Below are positions 14,036 through 28,345 of a DNA stretch of 64,000 nucleotides, piece by piece. The stretch comes from Eledone cirrhosa (Eukaryota). The stretch covers positions 274,970,001-275,034,000 of the forward strand of contig OZ024740.1 in assembly GCA_964016885.1 (NCBI GenBank), in the 5' to 3' direction. The notes under the pieces are model-generated. The model made no database searches and had not been told where the DNA came from. It saw only the letters and a list, made by a program, of their open reading frames with translations. The stretch's first letter is position 1. Every line of letters starts with the position of its first letter. The position numbers and the translations under genes are program-made.

Positions 14036-14754
14036 GCCTCCGTCTACTGCTCTATCACCATTACAATTTAGAACAACGACAAAACCTCTTTTGAAGGAAC
14101 GCGACACAAACTTTGAAACCTAAGCAACACAAAAACCATAGCTTTACTCTCTTCGTCGCTCTTCTCTCTCTCTACAATAGATTATTCCCCCTCACTATAA
14201 TTTAACTGCTTTACTCTCTTCATGCTTCGAGGTTTAGCACCAGCTTCACTCTATCCGTCGCTCTTCTCTCTCTATATAAAAGATCATTCCCCCTATTCGT
14301 TCGGGAACGCGAAAAAAACTTTGATAACTAAGCAACACATCATTTTATACAACAACAAACAGTCATAACGACACTCATACATCAAATATCAAAATTTAAA
14401 AAGCGGATAACACTAATACATACTGCTCTCTCAACGTTACATTTTACAACACTTACATTTTACATCAAATAACAAATATTCAAACGTAACAGATGAATTT
14501 ATAAAACAACAAACGTAACAATAACGACGCTTAAGCATTTATTTACATGATTCTCAACAAAGACAAATTTTATTGTTGTCCTTTTTGTAATTTTCTTTTT
14601 TTGTTTTTCTCAATATGAGACAAAGAATTAATGAGAACTTTTTTCACGGGATTCTATTCAAAGTCGGGACAATTATTGCTTTTGGTCAGGAGAAGGTCAT
14701 GAAGCAAAAAAATTTCAAATCAATCAACAATAAAGGCAAAAATCGATCATGATC

Positions 14755-15066
14755 ATTCCCCTTCTCTATAATTTAACTGCTTTACTCTCTCTGTCGCTCT
14801 TCACTCCCTATATGACAACACTGCAGAGAGAGAAACAATGTATATGATCAAATGGAGCATTCCGTATATTCCCGCTCTCTATAATTTAACTGCTTTACTC
14901 TCTCTGTCGCTCTTCACTCCCTATATGACAACACTGCAGAGAGAGAAACAATGTATATGATCAAATGGAGCGTTCCGTATATTCCCCCTATCTATAATTT
15001 AACTGCTTTACTCTCTCTGTCACTCTTCACTCGCTATATGACAACCCTGCAGTGGAGCGTTCCGTA
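14755..15066. repeat. ~113-bp tandem repeat x3 inside the Helitron
   Basis: CTATAATTTAACTGCTTTACTCTCTCTGTC...ATGACAAC.CTGCAG repeated. Confidence 0.9.
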
Positions 15067-15149
15067 TTGACATACGGCTTATCTGGGGCATTTTCAATCG
15101 GCTTATTGCAAATAACAACCCGCAAAATAACACTTCATATAACAGATTA

Positions 15150-17976
15150 ATGTTATAGACATATGAATCGGAATGTAACCCGTGAACTTTTCCTGGCCAA
15201 AATTATTCGAACAGACATGACCTCATTGCCAGAGTGTTCAGACTGAAACTGGCTAAACTCATGGCTTTAATCAAAAAGGTCAGGTATTTGGGGCTGTAAA
15301 ATGTGACATGTTCACCGTCGAATGGCAAAAACGAGGGCTGCCACATGCTAACATTTTCATTTGGTTAGCTGATACAATCAATTCAAATGCCATAGACAGC
15401 TTCATTTCGGCTGAAATCCCTAACCCAGCAACTGACCAGGAATTACATGATATCGTCAAAGGTAACATGATTCATGGTCCGTGTGCATCGGGTCCTAATG
15501 AGCATCACACGTGTCTGAAAGGGGGTCGTGCAGTAAGGGATACCCTCAAAAATTTGTTGACCAGACTCAGACTGGTGGCGACGGGTACCCCCTGTACAGG
15601 CGGTGACGGCCCGAGATTGGTGGCTTCACCACAACAGTAAGGGAAGGTCAAGTCGACAATAGATGGGTGGTGCCTTACTGCCCGCTTCTCTTGAAGATGT
15701 TCAACGCCCACATCAACGTTGAGTTTTTCAACTCTGTCAAGTCGATAAAATACATATCCAAATATGTAAATAAGGGCTCGGATGCCGCAATGTTCGCATT
15801 TCAAGCTGAAAATAGCAGGGACGAGGTCACAGAATACCTGGCGGGGCGGTACATCAGTAGCAATGAAGCTTTTTGGCGCCTATTTGGTTTACCCCTACAC
15901 CAACGTCACCCACCATCGTACAGCTTGCGGTACATTTGGAAAATGGGCAAAGGGTTTACTTTACGGACCAAACCGCCGTCAAGTTGGCCACCGATCCGAA
16001 AGAGACCACTCTGACGGGTTTATTCAAACTTTGCCAGTTTGATACATTTGCGCAAACAATTGTGTACTCCCAGGTTCCATCCTACTTTATATGGTCGAAA
16101 AACACTTGGGTGCGAAGAAAGTCAGGTCAGGCTGCTGAAATACATCCTGGTGTAAAATTTGACAGCTGTCTTGGAAGGGTTTACACTGTGCCCCCAAGTC
16201 AGCATGAGTGCTTTCATCTCCGCCTTCTTCTGCATGAAGTTGTAGGCCCACAAAGTTTTCAGGACCTCAAAACTGTTGATGGAGAAATATGTGATACGTA
16301 CCAGGAAGCCTGCTTTACGCGTGGTCTTTTGGAAGATGATTCGCAATGGGATTGCACTTTAGCAGAGGGTGCTTTGTTGAAATCATCTAAAGGTCTACGG
16401 GAACTCTTTGCTATTTTGCTTCAAAAGTGTGATTTGGGTGATCCCAAATCTTTATGGGTCAAGTACAGAGACTTCATGTCTGAGGACTTCCTGCGCGTGG
16501 CTCATCTGCAGTATACTTCAGTGGAACTTGGTTACAGCGACATTATCTACAACAGGGCACTCATTGATATCGAGGACGCCCTCCTCGACATGGGTGGGAG
16601 TGAGTTGGCGGCGTATGGCTTGCCGTCAACCGTTGGATTTGTTGGATTTGTTGCGGGAAACAGCATATGACATCGAATTTCTTTCCCATTACTTAGAGGA
16701 AAATGAGCCCAAACTTCTGTCGGACCAAAGGTTGGCCTATTTAACTATCATTGACGCGGTTCAAAATCAGACTGGTGGTATTTACTTTCTCGATGCTCCT
16801 GGGGGTACCGGAAAAATGCTGCCGGGAGGCAGGACAGCACATTCAACCTTTAAACTCCCCTTGGATTTAGTAAAAACTGAGACACCAACATGCAATATCA
16901 GGAAGAGTTCACACGAAGCTCTGATTCTCAAAAAATGTTGCCTCATTGTTTGGGATAAATGCACAATGGCACACAAGGGTGCCCTTGATGCATTGGACAG
17001 GATCCTGAAAGACATTAGGGATTCTACGGGTCCTATGGGTGGCGTAACCCTTCTGCTATCAGGGGATTTTCGGCAAACGCTGCCTGTCATCCCCAAAGGG
17101 ACAAGAGCTGATGAAGTGCGTGCCTGTCTTAAGTCGTCCATGTTGTCGCTCCAGGTGAGCACATATATGCGTGCTCATTTGCATGGTGACAACATATCTG
17201 CAGCATTTGCTCAGAATATTTTAGCACTTGGTGAGGGTAAGGTCCCTGCTGATGATAAGGGCGGCATAGCAATCGACTCCCTGTGCAACATTGTGAGCAG
17301 CCCTTCTGACCTTTGGGAAGCAGTTTTTCCTAATGTCTCATCTAACTTTAAAAACCACGATTGGCTCAGCGAAAGAGTCACCCTTGCTCCGAAAAATACC
17401 ATGGTTACTTTTATTAACGAGCAGCTGATTGAGAAAATTCCCGGTAAAGAACACATCTTCAAATCTATCGACCGGACGTCAGACCCCGACGATATCGTTA
17501 ATTATCCGTTTGAGTTATTAAATTCCCTTGAGCCCCCAGGGCTCCCACCTCACAATCTTAAGCTTAGGGTTGGCTGTCCCATTACGCTAATAAGCAACTT
17601 GCATCCACCAAAGCAGTGCAACGGTACTCGCATGACGCCAAGTCACTGACGCCTCACTTGATTGAGGCCACCATTGTAACGAGGTGCGGGAGAGGGGAGA
17701 ATGTTTTCATCCCAAGGATGAACCTTTTCCCCTCGGCGTCAGATATCCCGTTCGATTTCCGGCGATCCCAATTACCGGTAAGACCATGTTTTGCCATGTC
17801 CATTAACAAGTCACAAGGGCAAACATTGTCGGTGGCGGGCATCCATTAGTGGGGAGCCATGCTTCTCCCATGGCCAACTTTATGTTGCCTGTTCCTGCGT
17901 AGGAAGCAGGAATGGACTTTTTGCTTACACTCCTCAAGGGATGACACGCAATATCGTCTACAAAGAGGTGCTATAG
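15150..17976 (+). pseudogene. Helitron RepHel (HUH Rep + PIF1-like SF1 helicase), multiple frameshifts
   Basis: RHDLIARVF; VEWQKRGLPHAN (Rep motif 2); SIKYISKYVNKG (motif 3); FLDAPGGTGK; GRTAHSTFK; IVWD; GDFRQTLPV; FAMSINKSQGQTL; CFSHGQLYVACS. Confidence 0.95.
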
Positions 17977-18453
17977 ATGTTGGTGCAGGTGTTGGAGGTG
18001 TTGGAGCTATGCCGTCTGGAAAACTGGTAGGGTCACCCATAGCGGACAGATCTGACACCCAGCGGCATCAGGGCCACCATCTTGCAACTTTGGTCTACTA
18101 AATTCGCTATTGGAAGATTATTAACCCATCATTGATTGTCCAAAATGCTAATTGATTCGTAACTTTTAATAACCGGTTCAACTTCTTTATGCACTTAGTT
18201 GATAAGCTTATGCGCTTTCAAGCTACGTTTACCTGTTTGTAACTTTTCATAGCAAATGAACAAACCCGAGCAAAGCCGGGCTAAACTGCTAGTATATATA
18301 TATATATATATTCACAACTGTGGCAGGATTGATTTAAGTTTTCTTTTAGTGAATACCACAGCAACAAACAGAAACACACCAACAACTACGCCCCCCCCCC
18401 TCCCACTACTACTACCACCACTACTGATACCAGAACCACCACCACCACTACTG

Positions 18454-18499
<46 letters not shown>

Positions 18500-18579
18500 A
18501 TTTAAAGCTTAAACCAACGAACAATTAAATGAAACTTTAGCCGTCCGTCGTATTTCATCTTGTATAAAAATGTAGATAT

Positions 18580-18836
18580 AATAATTGTTTCTACTTTTGG
18601 CACAACGCCAGCAAAAACCCAGTACATTACTGGTACTTTATTTTATCAACCCCGAAAGGATGAAAGGCAAAGTTAACCTCGGTGGGATTTGAACTCAGAA
18701 TGGCAATCCATCGCCCTATTAGATATAATAATTGTTTCTACTTTTGGCACAAGGCCAGCAATTATCCCAGTACATTACTGGTACTTTATTTTATCGACCC
18801 CGTAAGGATGAAAGGCAAAGTTAACCTCGGCGAGAT
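18580..18836 (-). mobile_element. Two tandem truncated SINE copies
   Basis: SINE tail plus central domain twice, each preceded by TAGATATAATAATTG. Confidence 0.8.
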
Positions 18837-18936
18837 TAATAATGTTTATGATTCCGTTTGATTCTCTAACATTTCTAAAGATTTCATTCCAAGATCTAGA
18901 ATAATCAGAAACCTATTTCTAGTTAATCATTCCTCG

Positions 18937-18991
<55 letters not shown>

Positions 18992-19197
18992 GTATACGTA
19001 CATACATATATGTATACAGACGTACAGTAGTATGTATATATATACATACATGCACATATATATATATATATATATGTACGTATGGATTTACCGAACATTT
19101 ATTATAATGCTCGGTTTGTTTCTAAACAAACATCCCGAATTAAGCCGTACAGTGTTTATCAACCATCGTTGCCTTTTTGTTCAACACTGGCAAAGGA

Positions 19198-19240
19198 ACG
19201 ATGTACTAGTTTCAAGCTTATTAGCTATCGTCAGCACCGT
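19198..19240 (-). ncRNA. Minimal hammerhead ribozyme (family J)
   Basis: ACGGTG-CTGACGA-tAGCT aata AGCTt-GAAACTAGTA-CATCGT; 6-bp stem I, palindromic stem III, GUA site. Confidence 0.85.
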
Positions 19241-19985
19241 ATACCTTCCTGCCAGATGATTGAACGTCTGAAAGTATATACTTTCCTTATGCATATTAAC
19301 GGCTGAGCAGCCTAATTTGCATATCGAGTGAGTTAATCGGCCGGGCGCACCGAAAACGATAAATGGGAATGAGAAATGAAAATAAGAAATAGCCAGTGTG
19401 TTACTGGTACTTTATTTTATCGACCCCATAAGGATGAAAGGCAAAGTTAACTTCGACGATATATATAATATAATATATATATAATATTATATATTGTTAT
19501 ACTTGGGGAGAGTCATATTTGTGTAATAATATTGCCAGAATTAATAACAGAACACACTCACTGTTTGGTTGGTTTTCGCTTCTGTGTCTTTTATATCAGT
19601 TAATTTAATTTATTCTGTCCTCAATGTTGCCATTGACTGACCAACGGTCAAAAATACAGATACAATATAGACACAGACACATATATATAGTCTATCAAAG
19701 TTCTTTCGTTGCACATATAATATATATGGGATAACAAGTTATCGTTATAGGTAATCCAGTTAGAGGTTGTGAGTACTGTGTCGTGGGTAGTTTTAACGTA
19801 CGGCTTTGTTCATTCCTATTCTGAGGATTTTGTCAGAGGTAAATAATGTAATGGAGATCGAGTGACGCAACTTCGAGCTATTAGCGGCCTCTAGACTCGC
19901 CTGATCAATGAAACAATTGTTAATACCTGAAATAAAGCCCCATGTTGTACAGCCAACCAATGTTACTCTTCATTCTTTCACTATC

Positions 19986-20102
<117 letters not shown>

Positions 20103-20339
20103 CATACATTCGCTTGTATATAAAAGGTAGAATCATATATATTCATTTGCTGGCGTGCGTTTTGCAACCCTTCCAACACTAAAGGGCTTTTGGGGATTAG
20201 GGGGCTTAAATCCCTCCAATAATTTGTTTCAATAGGCTTGTGCTTTTATTGACTCTATTGACTCTAAATATATTGAAATGGTAATGTTTTTAATTTCTTT
20301 CTTCGTCTCGTATTGGTGATAAAAATGCGTGAACTAATA

Positions 20340-20530
20340 TTAATAATTGTTTCTACTTTTGGCACAAGGCCAGCAATTAACCCGGTGTATTACTGGTACT
20401 TTATTTCATCGACCTCGTAAGGATGAAAGACAAAGTTAACCTCTGCGGGATTTGAACTCAGAATGGTACGGGCCGTAACTCTATGCGTCAAAGCATGGTG
20501 TCCGACCTCTACCGATACTATCAATCCAAA
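20340..20530 (-). mobile_element. SINE copy, near full length
   Basis: Matches consensus from head to tail; TAATAAT flanks. Confidence 0.85.
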
Positions 20531-20949
20531 TAATAATAATACGCAAGTACAGTATATATACCTACCCCCACCACTCCCATCCCCAAACTAACGGTTTTTG
20601 GTGACCCCGTTGAAAGCGTCAGTTACCCTCAGGCAGCCGGCGTGTCAGGTACTCTACTACGTACTCGCTGCATTTTTTTTTTTTTTACTTCTCTCGATAC
20701 GACAAACAAGGTTCTAGAGTTTCTGGTTACCATGATAACTAGAGAAGAGACATGGGTGTACGGGTAAGGGTTCACTCGAAAACCAATGCACAGTGGAAGT
20801 ATCCATGCCACAAAAGCATGTCAGGGGTGGAGCAAAATCAAGGTGATACTAACTGTACTCTTCGACTGCTGAGGTGTGGTGCAAATACGCGCCAGAACGA
20901 CAAATAGTTACAAATGTGAATTATCAGAAACTTCTCCCAGGTTTTCATG

Positions 20950-21361
20950 ATGCAGTTCAGTGCAAGTGACCGGATCTGTGGGCCTCGCAAAACTGACGCC
21001 CTGATTCAGTCGTGTCAACTGATCAAAGATTTCTTGTCAAAGAAAAGCATTTCGCTCATTCACCTGGTTCCCTAACCTCCTGGCATGATGCCTTCTAGCT
21101 TCTGGCTGTTCGCCAAAATGAAGGGGCTACTGAAAGACTCCCGTTTTTAAAGCTGAAAGAACATCATACGGACTGAAACGGTGGACCTGAGAGCCATTCC
21201 AAACGAAGAATTCCAGATCTGTTTCGTATAGTGAAATGATCGGTTAGCTAAGTATGTGGAAGTACAAGGGTCCTACTTTGAAGGGGATTAGCCATTGAAA
21301 CCCAACAAGTACATAAGTTTTATCCAGTCTAAGGTCGGATATTTTTTCGACAGACATCGTG
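20950..21361 (+). pseudogene. Mariner transposase C-terminal remnant with 3' TIR
   Basis: PSSFWLFAKMKGLLK...IPNEEFQICF...RLAKYVEVQGSYFEGD*; TIR TCGGATATTTTTTCGACAGACATCGT. Confidence 0.8.
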
Positions 21362-21570
21362 TATGAGAGTTGGCTGAAAAGTTCATAGGCTGACCAATAT
21401 ACCCTCATGGAATGACCAAATTAAGTTTATTTTTCAACATAGTCCCAGGAAAGAAGCAATGCAGTTATTAAAAACAAGAGTTGAAATTTATGCATGCAAG
21501 ATTTCACAGCTCTTGTATCACTCCTTCATATTCATAGGCAACCTATGAACTTTTCAGCCCACCCTTGTAT
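21362..21570. mobile_element. Mariner-type MITE
   Basis: TIRs TATGAGAGTTGGCTGAAAAGTTCATAGG and CCTATGAACTTTTCAGCCCACCCTTGTA with TA ends. Confidence 0.8.
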
Positions 21571-21887
21571 ATCATGTAGTTATGGAAATTAAGGTTTGAT
21601 ATAATGAAGATTTTATATAAATAACTAATGTTCACGTCTCAGCAATCTTTGGCAGTCAAAGTATTGGGCAATATTCCAAAGGATGTATTTGGTTGTAATG
21701 AATGCCCATGTATGGGTATTATCAATTATCCGTGGTGTACTCCATTGGATATACTTCGAGCATTTTTTTGTTATACCAATACAAAACTGGATATTACAAT
21801 GACAATGAGTGATAATAAATGTCTTATTATTCACTTGTCACTCATGAATAAATAGTAATTATCTTATCATCACTCATTGTTATTATC

Positions 21888-21918
<31 letters not shown>

Positions 21919-24199
21919 CGTGTATACATATATATCAAATGTGTATGCATATGTACTGTATATATATGTGTGTGTGTGTGTGTTTTGTCTGTGATTTTTT
22001 GAGTCTCTGTGTGTGTGTATCTCCCTGTGTGGATGCATATATATATATCCATATATACGCAATGTGTATGACAATATACACAAAAATTGAACGAAGTCTA
22101 TGTTACACTGTCTTATGTAACTAGTAACGTAATCCATGATACATTTTTAAAAAGACGATATTATATATAAACTGTATTAGGAGAAAATTAGCGACGGAAA
22201 TATATGCGATATTTTTATAAGGGTTATAATACCACGGCCGCTAACCGGAAGTGTTGACATTTGAAAATTTTAAAGAAGTGAATCTTTAAATAAGCTATAA
22301 AATATATTTAATCAACAGCCACGAAATTTAGCACATACATTATGTAATATTCATTCATTTTCTATTCAAAGTAATCCAACTTATTTTACAAACGGGGTAA
22401 AAAAAATATATTCTGGACGCAGTCCCGCACTCCTTTCTTTATTATAGTTAAAATTAACTTCGCAGATGACATTGTTTTGTTGAGAAAGACACAAAATGCC
22501 CTGCAAGAAATGGTGATTTCTGACTATTTCTGGGAAAGGGAGAACTATCCAGTCAAATGACCCCCACCACTCACTTGACTTGTCTTATCTTCATTTGTAT
22601 CGATCCAGAAAATTGAAAGGAATAGTTATTCTCGGTCAGATTTGAACTGAGAACGTTAAGAAACGTAAATGTTAACTCTAATCCAGCCAAATTATTATCG
22701 TAAGCGCTCCACCCTCGACCATCTTGTAGGGAATATCTAAGATTAAGGTTATATAGTATGCCCTTTGTTGTATTGTTTTTATAGAAGGTGGGAATGTGAA
22801 TTGACTTTGCTGCTCTTTTTAGCTGACCGTGTGAGAAATATCGCGGCTCACTCGTTAAGTTACTAATCGGATTTTGATGTTTCATTTTTACGAGTAGTGG
22901 TACTTGATTTTACCTGGGCACCGAATATGTAGAAAAATATTTATTGGTTTTTATTTACTAAAGGTAAATAACTAAAATGATGGATACTTTTTACGAAGTT
23001 ATTTGCATACAAACCGATTAATAAAGATACACGTCCCTCGTGTGTTTTTTTATAACATTTGAAAGGAAGCAGATGTTTCCCTAAAATTTGGGAACTTTTC
23101 CTATAATTTACCCTGCCATGGAAACGGACAGGGGGGGGGGGGATAAAATGATGATATTTCTTCGATTTTTCTTGTTACCAAATTTTATTATACAGACTTT
23201 GTAACCAAAACAATATCGCCAAACAACATTACCAATCTATTGTACGTTTTTTTAGTTGCATGACAACTACGTCGTATTCTTTGCAATCCCATGATTACCA
23301 TGGCAACAATTTTTTTAATTCATTTAGCAAAGACAAGATACATGACAGTACCTATATTCAGTATCTATATCCCTGTAAAGTTTCATGGCCATAGCCTTAG
23401 TGGTTCTGGAAAAATTTTGAACACTGTAAAAGTACTAAATCTTAACACATCTAAGTACAAGGGATGACGTCAGCAGAAAAATGATGACGTCACCAATATT
23501 TTTTGTAATGGCAAAATGTTTGCCTATCAATAGTTTATACTGGTACCAAGTTTCATTGTCATTGCGTTAAGGATTCAAGAATAAAACAGGGGTGGGGGCT
23601 TTAAAAGGCCCATAAAAAGCCCAGGTTTTATAGGGTTAAAGTCTTGGTGAAAAGCACAGACACATATACACAGGCTTGCATTTACTGATTTTTATTGTGC
23701 AAATTGAAAAATAAAAACATTATAAACTTCTTTAGTGATTTGCTAAACATACACAACCACTTTATCACAGTAGTCAAAAATAGGAAGAGCATATAGTTGC
23801 AACAAAGTACAACGAAAACCAAAACGGCTTAAAAACTAATGACATTCTTGGAATAAAGCATCTCAATGGATCAGATTTCGAATCTGTCTATTTATTAAGT
23901 GCTTGTGTGAACTCATCAATGATGAGATTTATGACAAAGAAAAAATAGACGGCTAGAATACTGTTAGATATGGGATATAGCAGACTAAAGGAGAATGTCG
24001 AATTACACTCTTTGGAAGATGGAAATGTATGATTAAACTTTTCGCCATCATTTATTTTATTTGGTAGGAAAGAAGGTTAATGGCTTAGTCAAAAAGAAAG
24101 ATCAGTATCATGACCAGATTCATGGCTTCTGTGACTGAAGGGAAGCAGGGAGTAATTTATCCTCACATCGGAGATCCGGACCGAATGCTTGCAAAGAAA

Positions 24200-24610
24200 A
24201 CAATGTACTCAACTAATAGTATCCAAGGACAATGTGGTCAGGTTAAACCGGGTGTCATACTCGTATACTTACCACCCCTGGCACCTGGTGCAGCCTGCCA
24301 CTAACGCAGGTTCTGCTGCACCGGTCGCTCTCCGACAGGTTTGCGGGCTAACCCCTATTCTGATGTCCTTGGCACTAGGGCTACCTCCCTACTCACCACC
24401 ATAGGCGTTAAGCCGGTCAGCCGCAGGTGTGAGCCTCGCGATAAGGAATGGCTCTTCCAGCGTTTCTCCCTTACCATCCTTCGGGGAAACATCTTCTCCA
24501 TTCTGTCCACCGGGAGTGTGGGGAGGTTAGCACGTGGGACCCCATTTGCTCACCATGCGGAGAGATGGGGAGGGTGGGAGTTCGGCTCTCCTACGTTGTG
24601 GTTGTGTTTA
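24200..24610 (+). pseudogene. CRE-like non-LTR retrotransposon RLE domain remnant
   Basis: NAGSAA...DVLGTRATSLLTTIG...EPRDKEWLFQRFSLTILRGNIFSILSTG. Confidence 0.75.
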
Positions 24611-24749
24611 TTATCTATATAGAAAAATTATTTAGTTCTCTTCTTTTATTTGAAATTGTGGAACTACTTCTACCAAACTCGTCCCATGGACTGAGTGCTG
24701 TACTGCTATGGATATAATCCACCAGTGTTCTACTAATATATATATATAC

Positions 24750-24859
<110 letters not shown>

Positions 24860-26271
24860 AGGAAAAGCGAAGTAGTTTCAGATGTTCAAGTCCTTTAATA
24901 ATAATGCTGTGATATATATTTCAATGGCGAAAGTGGCCACACTGTTCTGTGGGCCAGTGTCGCGACATCGTCAGACAGCTTGTTACATAATAAGGTTATG
25001 TTTCCGAGGCAATCCAAATTATTCGATATTTACTCCGTCACTCCTATGTGGAATAAGTACGTTGAGTGCTTGATTTCAACTACATCAATATTTACCCTAA
25101 GAATCTACCTCCAATTAGTTGAGCGCTCTATGATGTAACCGATATGGTGGAGAAGAGAGGAACCAACCATGAGCTACCCCTGGAAATTCCCTCTACTATG
25201 GGATGGAAACCCCTGACACTGGACGGACATAATAATAACTTTCGGCAGGATAAATACGAGGAAACAAAGATAAACCCCTATTTTTCTGCACCAAATCGCA
25301 TTTTAACAGAAGCCCCCTCAATTCAATCTATACATGGACAAATTGACAATAATATGGATCATTTTGCATATATGTACTCTGTGTTTTTGCATTCATTCAT
25401 TCATTCATTCATTCACTCAATCATTCATTCATTTATTCATTCATTGGTTCTTTTCTTTTGTGTACTTTATATATGTTTTTGTTGGTTTTGTTCCATGTGA
25501 TGGAAATTACGACTATGTACCCGATTGACTACTACCCGTAATACTGTAATTTACCCTCAGTATGTAGATAGTGTAACTGTAACATTAGGACCCCTTTCAG
25601 AACTTCTTACTTAAACATCTCTCTGCATATTATTCACTCACTTCAATCTATAATTTTTTTACTCACCTCAATCAGGATTCTCACTTGAAAAACCTTTAAT
25701 TGTTTAATTTCTAATTGTTAATTTTTTAATTTATAATTTCTGATACTTGATTTAGGATTTTCGATTTTAAATCGTAATTTTTAGTTCTAATTTCACTTAT
25801 AACTTCCAATATGAAACTATGATACATAGAATTAAATATATCCTCTTAGGGGTTGCTGGTCAATTATACTGTCCATGATTAGTGAGAGGTAGTAAAGAGA
25901 CCTGTAAATACTAACACTCTCCCATCCCCACTGGCTTTCGGCTGACTGCCACAGATGTGATGGGAAGCAGTAAACTATGGTGCAGGCTTGAATGGGTCAT
26001 TGTCTGGCTGAGAGAGGGTGAACTGACTAAGCGAATTTCGTTTAAATCTGCGGTAGCTATGGTCAACTTCCCCCTGGACCTGCGCCTGCGCAGACCAGTG
26101 GGGGTGAATTGGTACTCACAGGGGAACGGATGAAGAACCCAAAAGCACATACTTCGTCCGTTCCCATGTCGATTCAATTTGGATTGCCTCGGAAACATAA
26201 CCTTATTATGTAACAAGCGTGTGGCCACGTTCGCCATTGAAATATATATCACAGCATTATTATTAAAGGAT

Positions 26272-26460
26272 GGATTGGCAGTATCAGTAGAGAGTCGGAC
26301 GCCATGCTTTCCAGCATAGTTACGTCCCTTTACGGTCTGTGTTCAAATCCCGCCGAGGTTAACTTTGCCTTTCATCCTTACGGGGTCGATAAAATAAAGT
26401 ACCAGTAATGTACTGGGTAATTGCTGGCCTTGTGCCAAAAGTAGAAACAATTATTATTAA
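26272..26460 (+). mobile_element. Full-length tRNA-derived SINE with TSD
   Basis: A-box-like TGGCAGTATCAGTAG, B box GTTCAAATCC, central domain resembling the MetaSINE domain, ATT tail; ATTATTATTAAAGGA duplicated; empty paralogous site at 24889-24911 (minus). Confidence 0.9.
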
Positions 26461-26576
26461 AGGACTTGAACATCTGAAACTACTTCGCTTTTCCTTATTC
26501 TATATTTACTCCGTCACTCCTATGTGGAATAAGTAGGTTGAGTGCTTGATTTGAATTACATCAATATTTACCCTAA

Positions 26577-26630
<54 letters not shown>

Positions 26631-26808
26631 GGAAAAAATGAAACGAAATTTCATTTCCCACTCTTAGTACGGCTGTTACTTAAATAATTCTATAATAAAT
26701 GTTTGGTGAATCCATACGTACATATATATATATGTGTGCATGTATGTATATATATATATATACATACTACTGTACGTCTGTCTACATATATGTATGTACG
26801 TATACATA

Positions 26809-26862
<54 letters not shown>

Positions 26863-26864
<2 letters not shown>

Positions 26865-27065
26865 AACGAGTAGGACCCCGACGGCTGAGCTCAAGCCGTT
26901 TCGACGGCTAATTCTGGACGGCTAATGCGTCCAGAATTAGCCGTCGAAACGGCTTGAGCTCAGCCGTCGGGGTCCTACTCGTTCCTATTACCCACTCTAC
27001 TACCCTAAGTATTGAGTACTTTGGTGCGTTATGGTCCACCTGGTTCCTTACCTCATTTCCTTCGT

Positions 27066-27067
<2 letters not shown>
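26863..27067 (+). mobile_element. Family A mini-element with palindromic head
   Basis: Perfect arms ~26863-26920 and ~26928-26985, then tail and (TA)n. Confidence 0.85.
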
Positions 27068-27098
<31 letters not shown>

Positions 27099-27144
27099 AA
27101 GTAAAATAAATAAGTCAAATGTTTAAAATTTAGCTTCGTTTATT

Positions 27145-27201
27145 ACTGCTATATATATATTTCGGTGACAGTCATCTTTGGCTGTGACCTCTTCAGGCAG
27201 T
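27145..27201 (-). ncRNA. Hammerhead ribozyme with (TA)n stem III
   Basis: ACTGC-CTGAAGA-GGT..CAG...CTG..ACC-GAAA-TATATATA-TA-GCAGT. Confidence 0.75.
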
Positions 27202-27410
27202 CCGAATTAGTGTGTTATAGACAAGTACATATGTTGTTGAGGTGTATAATTTTGTCAATACTCTGATTTGCCCAGTTCCTGGTTGGGTTGTTATTTCACT
27301 GAGGAACTGGAATCATTACATTACTCCGGAGTAACCAAACCAACCTGCGCACTTCGCGTCGAGTGCTCCAGCCTGCATACTGAGGTGTTAGTATACAACC
27401 AACATATACT

Positions 27411-27485
<75 letters not shown>

Positions 27486-27864
27486 TATCCAAAATTAAAT
27501 TAAGGGTGTCATGTCTGAGAGACATGCACCATATCCACTGTAGAATATGCTCAAAGATTCCAATGAATAGATCCGAGCATTTTATATCAACTAGAAATTG
27601 ATTGACATATATATATATATATATATATAAAATAAACATATGAAACAATCACAGGGAATAATTTGTAAAGTGTGTAAGCACACACAGCTAGGTAGGTAAC
27701 TAATTAAAGTTTTACTAGAACTTCAAATATGGATACCTTTTAAAATGATTAATTTCTTTTGTATGCTTCACTCCAATTTATTATAAATTAAATTTATAAA
27801 TTTAAGAATTTATAAATTTCCGGTTGCTTGGTTGGTTCCATAACCGGACGGTTGTTCATATATT

Positions 27865-27907
27865 GTCAAAGTTCTTTCGTCACACATTCTGTGACCTCTT
27901 CAGTGAC
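27865..27907 (-). ncRNA. Minimal hammerhead ribozyme (family I)
   Basis: GTCA-CTGAAGA-gGTCACA gaatg TGTGAC-GAAAGAACTT-TGAC. Confidence 0.7.
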
Positions 27908-28102
27908 TGGGATTCTTTTCTTTGTTTTGTGCCTCTCCTTTGTTCTGTCCTACGCCATCTTGTTTTTGTGTGTGTTGTGTGCTTAGTTTGCGCATCTGTT
28001 ACATCCGGGTGTCTGTGTGTGTTTTTATTTGTTTATTTATTTGTTTATTTACATGTTACTCGCTGGTTGTTTGTTCTATGTGTGTGTGTTTTCATTTTGT
28101 CC

Positions 28103-28345
28103 TTAATTGTAAGTTGTGATGTTGCTATTCCATTCATGTTTTCTATTTAATTTTGGTTGGTGTTCATTTATGTTTATTGCCTCTGTAATTTGTCTAAACA
28201 TTGCGTCTTTGCTGTGTGTAGATTCTATTTTTATTTCTATGTTCTCTAATTTGCTCTTATGTTCTACTTTAGCATGTTGGTGGAGTATTGATGATTCTTT
28301 TTTATCTTGAAGTTCTCGCCAGTGTTCATTTAACCGTTCTCCTAT
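28103..28345 (-). pseudogene. GIY-YIG endonuclease C-terminal half (PLE); not in the ORF track because it lacks a start codon
   Basis: IGERLNEHWRELQDKKESSILHQHAKVEH...KDAMFRQITEAININEHQPKLNRKHEWNSNITTYN*. Confidence 0.85.

Larger units (their letters stand above)
13628..18292 (+). mobile_element. Helitron, internally deleted and frameshifted
   Basis: 5' (TA)nAAAACGG...GTCTGTCTG; Rep/helicase remnants; 3' hairpin CCCGAGC-AAA-GCCGGG (18265-18280), then CTAG|T at 18289-18293. Exact 5' base is uncertain. Confidence 0.92.

Noticed and set aside
18340-18500. Poly-Leu/poly-Ser ORFs
   Set aside because: (CTA)n microsatellite
22900-23640. Possible DNA transposon ending GGGTTAA
   Set aside because: No matching left terminus or coding remnant found
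26272-26355. tRNA-like A/B boxes
   Set aside because: SINE head present in many decayed copies; no full cloverleaf
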